Of a stretch of DNA of 64,000 bases, positions 55,655-64,000 are shown piece after piece (positions within the stretch are counted from its first letter, which is position 1; each line of letters starts with the position of its first letter). The stretch comes from Piromyces finnis finn. Lineage: Eukaryota > Fungi > Neocallimastigomycota. Both the position numbers and the translations under genes were made by a program. Below the pieces are notes generated by a model. That model saw only the letters and a program-made list of their open reading frames with translations. It did no database searches and was not told the origin of the DNA. The stretch covers positions 124,001-188,000 of the forward strand of contig MCFH01000064.1 of assembly GCA_002104945.1 (NCBI GenBank), in the 5' to 3' direction.

Positions 55655-56617
55655 ACTATTCAACACTATTTAAAATCTATATTTATTTATAGTATTCATT
55701 ATTTTAGATGCATTAATTAAAAGTAAAAACTTAAAACGAAAAAAAAAATAAGATAAAAAAAATAACAAATTAAATATTTATTAATAAAAAAGAACAAAAT
55801 AATTAATAAACATAAAAATATTAAATTACTATTTTTGAACAATTCTATTTAAATGTATTTTATGAAAGATCTAATAATTTCAAAATTAGTTATTTAAATT
55901 AATAAAAATATTGACATTAAAAGAGTTAATAATTTTTGAAAAAATATAAATATAAATAGTTTATTTTATTTTTTTATTATTATTCATTGTTAGAAAAATA
56001 TTTTATAAAATATTATTAAAGCAAGTCTATTAATATATGATAATAGAATGAAAATGATAATAATTTAGTTTAGTATAAAAATACAGGGGGATTAATGTGA
56101 GAAAAATATATATATTCTTTATTGAGAAGTTTTAACAATTAGATTCTAGATTGACAAATTAAAACAAGAACTTATGAGTATTATGAGTAATATCTATTTT
56201 TGATGGTTAAATAAGAACTTCTAATCATAATAATGGACAATGTTCGAAAGGTTAATAATAACACCCAAAAAATTATTATTTTTTTTATTTATTTTTTTAT
56301 TACTTGCAAATGTTATTTTCAACACTATTAAATTAGATTTAATATAAAATAAATATATATTTTAAAGTAAAATAAAAACTAAGTATTAAATACAAAAGTA
56401 ACATTATTGCTTTTGTTATTTTACATTTATGGTTAATTATTTAAATATTATTATTCTAAACTATTATTATTAATGAAAGATATAAAAAAAAAAAAAAAAA
56501 AAAAAAAAATTTTTTTCTTAGACAATATTATTTTTTATTATTTTTAGTTTCTTGAAGTTTGATTGTAATCTAAAGAATTTTTAGTATTAGAGTGTATTTT
56601 TTTTTTTTTTTTTATTT

Positions 56618-59302
56618 TTATTTCTCCTTTTCATCTTCTTGTTTATTAATTAAAGTAGTTTCAGTAGAGGCTTCAGAAATTTCTGATTGTATTTCTGATT
56701 TATCAGTAACTGGATCAATATCGATATTTGTAGAAGTGGCATCAGTAGCAACTTCATTAATATCAATGACTTTTTCATCTTCTTTATTTTTTTTAACCTG
56801 TAATGGATCACCATCGGCTTGTTGCTGAGCCTTCCACATTTTTGCATATTTTCCATTTTTATATAAAAGATCCCAATGATTACCTCTTTCAACAATTGTA
56901 CCATTTTCAAGAACAAAAATCTCATCACAATTAACAACAGTACTTAAACGATGAACAACAAATATAGTGGTATGATGATGCAAACTAACTTTTTGATCTT
57001 TTTTATTTTCTTTTAATAATTCATCAATATTATTCATAATAGCTCTTTCAGTTGTGGTGTCTAACGCACTTGTAGCTTCGTCGAAAAGTAAAATTCTTGG
57101 ATTTTTTAAGATAGCTCTGGCAAGAGCAACTCTTTGTTTTTCACCACCACTAATCATAGTACCTCTTTGACCAACCTTGGTTTCATATCCTTCTGGGAAT
57201 TGATTAACAATAACATCATGAATGTTAGCTTTTTTAGCAGCTTCATAAATTTCTTCCGGTTTTGCATCTGGTTTAGCATATGCAATATTATAATAAATAG
57301 ATTGATTAAAAAGTGGTGTATCCTGTGGAACAATACCAAAAGAATTTCTTAAACTTCTAATCTTAACTTTAGAAATATCTTGATCATCGATATAAATATG
57401 ACCTTCCTGAGGGTCATAAAAACGTTGCAATAATCTTAAAATAGTAGATTTACCACTTCCGCTTGATCCTACAAAAGCAACTCTAGAGCCTGCTGGGATT
57501 GTAAAAGAAATATTGTTTAAAATTGGTTGTCGTTCCTTATTATAACCAAATGTAATGTTTTCAAATTTAATTTCACCACCTTTACGATCTAAATCAATTG
57601 GTTGGGCATCTTCAATTTCAGGAACAGAAGTACTAATTTGTTTTAAACGAAACATTAAGTCCATATCCAATAAACTTTGAGTTGTTTCACGGTAGACAGA
57701 ACCAAGGAAATGAAGTGGAACAGATAATTGGAATATTAAACTGTTGATCATAACAATATCACCAACAGAAAAAACGCCTCCAAGAACACCATTAGCAGCC
57801 ATAAGCATCATAGTTGATAAAGCTATACTGAAAATGGCATTTTGACCAGAATTTAAAAAGGCTAAACTAGCCATAGATTGTGTAGCAGCTTTTTCGTATT
57901 TAGCTAAAGATTTATCATAAATTTTAGTTTCAAAACCTTCATTACAGAAAGATTTTACTACTTCAAAATTAATTAGTGAATCTGTAGCATGAGCTGAAGC
58001 TTGATTATCAGCCATATTCATACGTCTTCTAATTTTAGTTCTCCAAGTAGTAGTAGTTAAAGTAAAAGCAGTATAAGTAGCAATTGTTGCTAATGCAACT
58101 AACGCATAAGCAACACCAAATCTTTTTATTAAAATACAACAAACCATACCAATTTCAAGAAGAGTTGGACCAATGTGGAAAAGAAGAGCATGTAAAACTT
58201 GATTAATACCCTTTGTACCTCTGTCAATTGCACGAGTTAATGCACCAGTTTGACGTGTCAAATGGAAATTACAATCTAAACTATGAAGATGATAGAAAAT
58301 AGATTTTGAGGCTTTACGAATTGCTTTTTGAGCAACTGAAGAAAAAACAGCATTTCTACTTTCTTGGGTAACATTTGCACCTAATCTTGAAACACCATAA
58401 CCAATTAAAGATGCATAAATATAGGTTAATAGTTTACTACCAGGTATAGGTTTAGCATTTAATTGATCAATAGCATATTTAAAGAAGTATGGAACTGTAA
58501 CATTTAAGATTTTTGATAAAACCAAAAGGAAAAGAGCAAAAACAACTCTAATTTTTATAGCTTTTTCATTTTTTGGCCAAATATATTCGAAAAAAATCTT
58601 TAAAACTTCTTTTCTTGTTTTCCAAGTCATTTTTTTTTCTGGAAGACCCAGTGCTTTTGGTGAAAGAATTACTTTTGAAGCCGATTTTTTATCTAAAGTT
58701 ACAATAGCACTAGTTTTATTTAAATCATTGGATAACTTTGTTATATTACCTTTAAGTAAAGGTGTAATAGTCTTTGCTTTTGGTATGCTTTTATTTATTT
58801 CATGAATGGAAGCTTTTTGGGTTATATTTTTTGAATTTTTGGTTACTGACATAAATCTATGGGTATACCATTGAAATTTTAATTTATCAAATACTTCATT
58901 GGTATTGGTATTTGTTAATGATTTCTTTGAAATAAATATATATAATAGATAATTTTATATTAAATACATATGCATTTAATATTTATAAAAAATATTAACA
59001 TTTAATTATTATTATTATTATTATTATATTGTTAATTAAATAAAAAGGTTATTTTAATAATTAAGAAATAATATAATTTAAGAAAAAAATCTTACATTAA
59101 TATTTTGAGGATTTTGGAGGTTACAACGGTTGGAAGTTTGAATTTTAATTATGGAATATAATGATAAATTACAAAAGGCAGTTTTATTTATTTTATTTTT
59201 ACTTATTAATACATTGGATAATTTTTGTTGTGAAAGATTAAATAATAAATCAGTATGAACTGATAAATTATGAATAGTATATTTAAGACATGAACTATTC
59301 AT
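56618..59302 (-). CDS. ATM1: Mitochondrial-type Fe-S export half-ABC transporter (ABCB7/Atm1); 2 exons
   Basis: Exon 1 (59302-59096, GTAAGA donor) splices in phase 0 to exon 2 (58924-56618). TMD 'KILNVTVPYFFKYAID..RQTGALTRAIDRGTKGI..DSLINFEVVKSF'; Walker A GSSGSGKST, signature ISGGEKQR, Walker B LLFDEATSALD, H-loop VVHRLST. Confidence 0.95.
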
Positions 59303-61699
59303 TTTTAATATGTGTTTTTTATTATTATTATTATTATTATTGTTTTATTTTATTTTTATTTTTATTTTTATTTTATTTTATTGTCGAGATTGTATTAAAT
59401 AAGCAGATTACTTCCTTATGCTTTTATATATGATATAAATATATATATATTTATATTCTAACTTTATATTAATGAAATAAAATAAAAAAAATTTCCAGCA
59501 ATTTAAATTTTTATAATAAAAGAATAAATAAATGAGAATACTTAAATATATATAAATATAAAATATATGTGTTAGATTATATATTATTTAAATTTTAGAA
59601 TATCTTATAATACTTCAAATGTATAAAAATAAATTAATTATATTTAATGAATAAATTTTATTTAGATTATAGTATATAATTAAATTTGAAATTTGGTATT
59701 TGAAATAAAGAAATAAATAAAATAAAATAAATAAATAAAAAAAAAAACATATATATTGATAGTAATCCTACCAATTAATAAAATTTATTATAATGACATT
59801 AATATTTACAAAATACTTTACCTTTTTAAATTTTTCAATTAAAAAAAATATATATATAATATATATATACTTTTGAATAAATTATTTGTGTAAAAAAGGA
59901 TTAATTTTTTTTTTTTAGGGGTGAGGAAAGAGTGTGTTTAATACATTATAAATTTGATATTTGAATAAGTAATTATATAGATACTTTAAGTTTATTTACT
60001 TATTAACAATACTCTTCTTCTTCTTCAATAGGTTTTATAGAAGATTGAATTAATATTTGATATTATAATTTTGCATTATATACTTTAATATATAATGCAA
60101 AAAATTAAAACTTTATTTTTGTTTTTATTCTTTTATTTTTATAATATATTGTTTTTTCTTTATCCTAAAATATAATATATAATTTTCTATAGTATAATGT
60201 ATTTTTAACAAAAGAAAAGAAGTGTTATTTAAAAGAAATTTAACAAAAAAAAAAAAAAAAAAAAGGATAGAAATACAAAGTTAATAACGTTTATTTAATT
60301 TACTTTAAAATATTTAGGATTAATCAATTAATTAGTCTATATTATAATATATGTTACATTACATTCTTTTAAATATTAAAAATTCCATTCGGAACCAAAT
60401 ATTAATTATATTCTGTATATTTAATTAAGAGTTAAATTTTTATTGATACAATTAAAAAAAAGATACTGTTTTTAATAATACATAATCAATATATGTTATA
60501 AAACCAAAACAAAATATGTATTGATTTAAAGAGTTAAAATATCTTCATTATATGTATTAATAATTAATAATATAAAATAATTAAAAAAAAAAGAAAAGAA
60601 AACAGAAATGCTATTTTTAAAAATATCACTAGGTTTATTATAATAATTTATAGTTACATATTAATTAATAATAATTAATTAATAAATAAAATACATTAGA
60701 ATTATTAAAGTATTATTCATATCATAGAATTTTTATATTTTAAAAGTAATACAATTAAATAATAATTCTTTTATATGAAAATAAAAAAGTTTTTTTTTTT
60801 ATTTTAAATTTTACCCAAGTAGTGCTTATTTCTATTATTGGTTAATATCAAATTAAAAGAAGAAAACTATTCATTTTTTAACTATTGAATTATTGGAAAC
60901 TTATAATATTAAATTTTCAATTCCATACTTATTTTCATATAAAACTTTAAATAATAATAAAACTAAAAAATTCCTCATTGAATTTAACCACCATATTTTA
61001 ATTTAAATAAGATTAATTATCTAATGGTTTCATGGTATATAGCATATGAATAAACAATAACTTTTTCATGGAAAAGAAGTAGTTCATCTATTAATAAACA
61101 AATTTTATTTAATAAATTCTATGAGCTTAATTGCTATAACAAAGTAGTTTTTTTTTTTTCTTTTTTAAATATTAATGATACAGTAAATTAAATCATTCTT
61201 TAAAATTTATAGGCTTTTTTTTTTTTATTTTATTTTAGTATTTAATCGTTTTATTGTAAAATTATATAATCTTTTTTAGATTATTCTTTGTATTTCTTAT
61301 ATCTAATAGATATATTAAGGCTATAAACTCTACATATGTTATAATGTAATGATATTTAAAGCATAATTATTATCTCTAATTTTCTATATTACATTATTTT
61401 CTTTCTTCCTATGAAATATTACATTCCTTATATTTTATATTTAGTTTATAAAAATTGCTTTTCTAAAATCATTTTTTATATCCTACTTTATTAATATAAA
61501 AGTATTAAAATAGTTATAATATGGAAAAAAGTTTAAACTACCTTTCTTTATATACTTTATATTTGTAATATAATTTATAATTTTTTCTTTTTCAATGAAT
61601 GAATTTAAATAGATTTGACAAAATCTTAATTGGTTAATTAAATCATAATCTGATAATAGGTATTTCTTTTTCGATAATACAATAGAGTTTTATAATAAA

Positions 61700-62690
61700 G
61701 GCTTATAAAAATATTCCATTTTAAAACAGGTGTAATTTTTATATTGATTCTATTTTTTTTATTATTATTAACATTACAAGAACATAATCATCTATTGTGA
61801 TTTTTTCTAAATTAGGAATATTCAATAAATTGTTTGATACACCTTGTAATTTGTTATTATACAAAACTAATATTTTTAACATAATAAAACGAGAAATAAA
61901 AGGAAGTAATTCTGTTAATTGAATATTACCTACATTCATTTTGTTACATTTTCTATATTTAAATTAATCATATCATAATATCATAGGTGGTTTTGTTAGT
62001 TTTTATTTCATCAAATTGGTTTCCAAACTTTTATAACCAAAAAAAAAAAAAGGTCTATAGACAAAGGATAATTAGCATCTAACTGTTGTAAATTAATTAA
62101 ATTATCAACTTCTTTTGATAAAATAATTAATTTATTGTTTTAAGATTTAATTATACTAAATTCCTATTTCGATTATCATTAAGATACAATCTTTTCAATT
62201 TCGAAAGAGTTTCATTATTTCTAAATTCCTATTTCGATTATTATTAAGATATAATTTTTTCAATTTCGAAAGAGTTTCATTATTTCTAAGATATAAATCT
62301 TCCGAATTTTAAATATTTCTTATGGAAATTATTTAACATTATTATTATTAATTAGTTAATTAAATCTAATTTACTAAATTTGTAAGGTTTCCTATTCCTT
62401 TTGGTAAATTTATAATTTGAATTTCTTTAATACTTAAATACCACCAAATTTATTCAAATTTCCTATTTCTCTCTTGATAATTTGGTTATTCACTTTTTAT
62501 CAAATATCAATTTTTTTTTAAATTATTTAATTTTCCTATATTTTTTGGTAACTTCGTTAACTTAATTTTCATGCGATTTAAATTAATTAAATTGTCTATA
62601 CTTTCTGGTAACTAACTTTCTTAATATGTTACGTTTGAGTTTAAAAATTGATAAATTAATTAAATTGACTATATGCTCTGGTAATTCTTT
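61700..62690 (-). pseudogene. Decayed leucine-rich-repeat gene fragments
   Basis: Frameshifted or stop-interrupted LRR units: 'KELPEHIVNLINL', 'LPESIDNLINL', 'KLTKLPKNIGKLNNLKKIDI*', 'NLPKGIGNLTNLVNLDLIN*', 'TLSKLKKLYLNNN' and 'QLTELLPFISRFIMLKILVLYNNKLQGVSNNLLNIPNLEKITID'. Confidence 0.7.
62158..62287. repeat. Near-perfect 65-bp tandem duplication of one LRR unit
   Basis: Copies 62158-62222 and 62223-62287 differ at only a few positions; the unit length is not a multiple of 3. Confidence 0.9.
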
Positions 62691-62693
62691 TTA

Positions 62694-63560
62694 AAAGAAT
62701 TTGCATTAAAAAAGTATAAAATAGGTTATAAAATGTATAAATTATTAAAAAAAGAAATAGGAAATTTAAAAAAATTACTATTTTTAAATTTTGAAGATGC
62801 TTACTTTATTTCATCACTAAAAGAAATAAGATATCTAATTAATTAAACTAATTTAAATTTTGGAAATAATACACTAACTTCCCAAAAAAAAAGGAAACTT
62901 AACAAAATTAACTAATTTAAATATTAAAGAAAATGTATTATAGTTAAATTTTCAAAAGTAAAGATTATTTAACCATAAATATTTAAATTTTAATACTTTC
63001 AAACTTTTTGATTTCCACAGTATTTCTAATAAAATAAAAAAAAAAACTTCATTTATTTTTACAATTTCTGTCCCTTCTTTTTTAATTATTATTTTGCTTA
63101 AATTTAAAAATGAGAGTTTTTTTTTTTGCATGAATATCAGTAAAATGATAATCTATAGCAATCTTTCATTGTCATTGTTTCTTATGTTATCCAATGAAAA
63201 TATGGATTGCATTATTCTTCCTCTATTTTGTAATTTAATTTATTTACTTTATTTTAAAAAAAATATTATAATTTTATAAATATGAACTACTTAGCCGCCT
63301 CATATAAGTATTTGACAATTAATAAAGTTAAAAAATGAATAATTTATTCAAAATTTTTATGGTAATAAAATTTTTAATATTAAATTTTATTAATAAAATT
63401 ATCAAAATATTAAAAATGAAGAAGTCCTGAAATAGATTTCTAAATTAATAAATTTAAATATTGAGAACTACGAGTAAACTGAATGATAACAAATTATAAT
63501 AAATTTATCAAACTACCGATAAAAATAACAAATTTAACAAAAATACAATTGAAGATAACA
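62694..63560 (+). pseudogene. Decayed LRR fragments in the opposite orientation
   Basis: 'KKEIGNLKKLLFLNFEDAYFISSLKEIRYLIN*TNLNFGNNTLT', 'GNLTKLTNLNIKEN', 'ISKLINLNIEN' and 'KFIKLPIKITNLTKI', with stops and frameshifts. Confidence 0.55.
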
Positions 63561-64000
63561 ATGGATTACTAATGAGTTAATTAAAATACTAAAACGCCAA
63601 AAAATATAAGGTACTCAAGACAATAATGATTTAACTTAAATTTATCATCTCTGGATGTATTATTTCTCACTTTTACTTATATAAAAATTTATATTTGCTA
63701 ATTTTACAATTGTATCCAATGAACTAATTTAATTTTATTATTGAAAATTTTACAAATGTTAATAATATCCTTCTTTCCTGAAATTATAACTTAATTGGAT
63801 TACTAAAAAGATATAGTAATTCTCTAAAATAATGAAACGGTTAGTAAGAAAACTATTTGAAGATTTAACAAGTTTTTAAGTCGAAATTCCAACTCAATAA
63901 AGTAATTTTATTCTAAAATAAAATAATAAGTTATTTTGAAAAGATTTTATAATTTAAATAAATAGACAAAGAACTCAAATATTTAATATATAAATATTTA

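Noticed and set aside
56090-56260. Slightly GC-richer patch starting CAGGGGG between the Ran and ATM1 3' ends (possible hAT/MITE end)
   Set aside because: I found no matching inverted terminus or target-site duplication; similar weak patches at ~46740-46860 and ~60810-61140 were also left uncalled.
59915-59940. TTAGGGG telomere-like word
   Set aside because: Single occurrence, no array.

Overview
Extremely AT-rich (by eye under about 20% GC), intron-rich eukaryotic DNA with short GT-AG introns, Asn-rich proteins and long (AAT)n/(ATTT)n tracts. Gene content is most consistent with an anaerobic gut fungus (Neocallimastigomycota); this is inferred, not proven. I assembled genes by manually splicing exons. 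In order: a partial secreted solute-binding-protein (SBP) gene (-), divergent from an SBP-class C GPCR fusion (+); an ~1,820-aa ePHD zinc-finger protein with a huge Asn-rich region (+); a giant TPR gene, TTC6-like (-), head-to-head with an XRRA1-like LRR gene (+); a DH-PH RhoGEF with a degenerate RhoGAP domain (-); DNAJC3/P58IPK (+); IST1 (-); a fungal-type 6-phosphofructokinase (+); Ran/GSP1 (+); ATM1 (-); and decayed LRR fragments on both strands at the right end. I saw no rRNA, tRNA, CRISPR array or intact transposon. Most long poly-I, poly-L or YLFI ORFs in the supplied track are artefacts of microsatellites. The best leads are (1) a PFK whose ATP site appears inactivated while the F6P and regulatory sites are kept, reached through an 8-nt micro-exon from a ~440-aa N-terminal extension; (2) the bacterial-type SBP fused to a class C 7TM, paired divergently with a second SBP gene; and (3) a RhoGEF fused to an apparent pseudo-GAP. 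All motif comparisons are from memory of the families, not from database searches.
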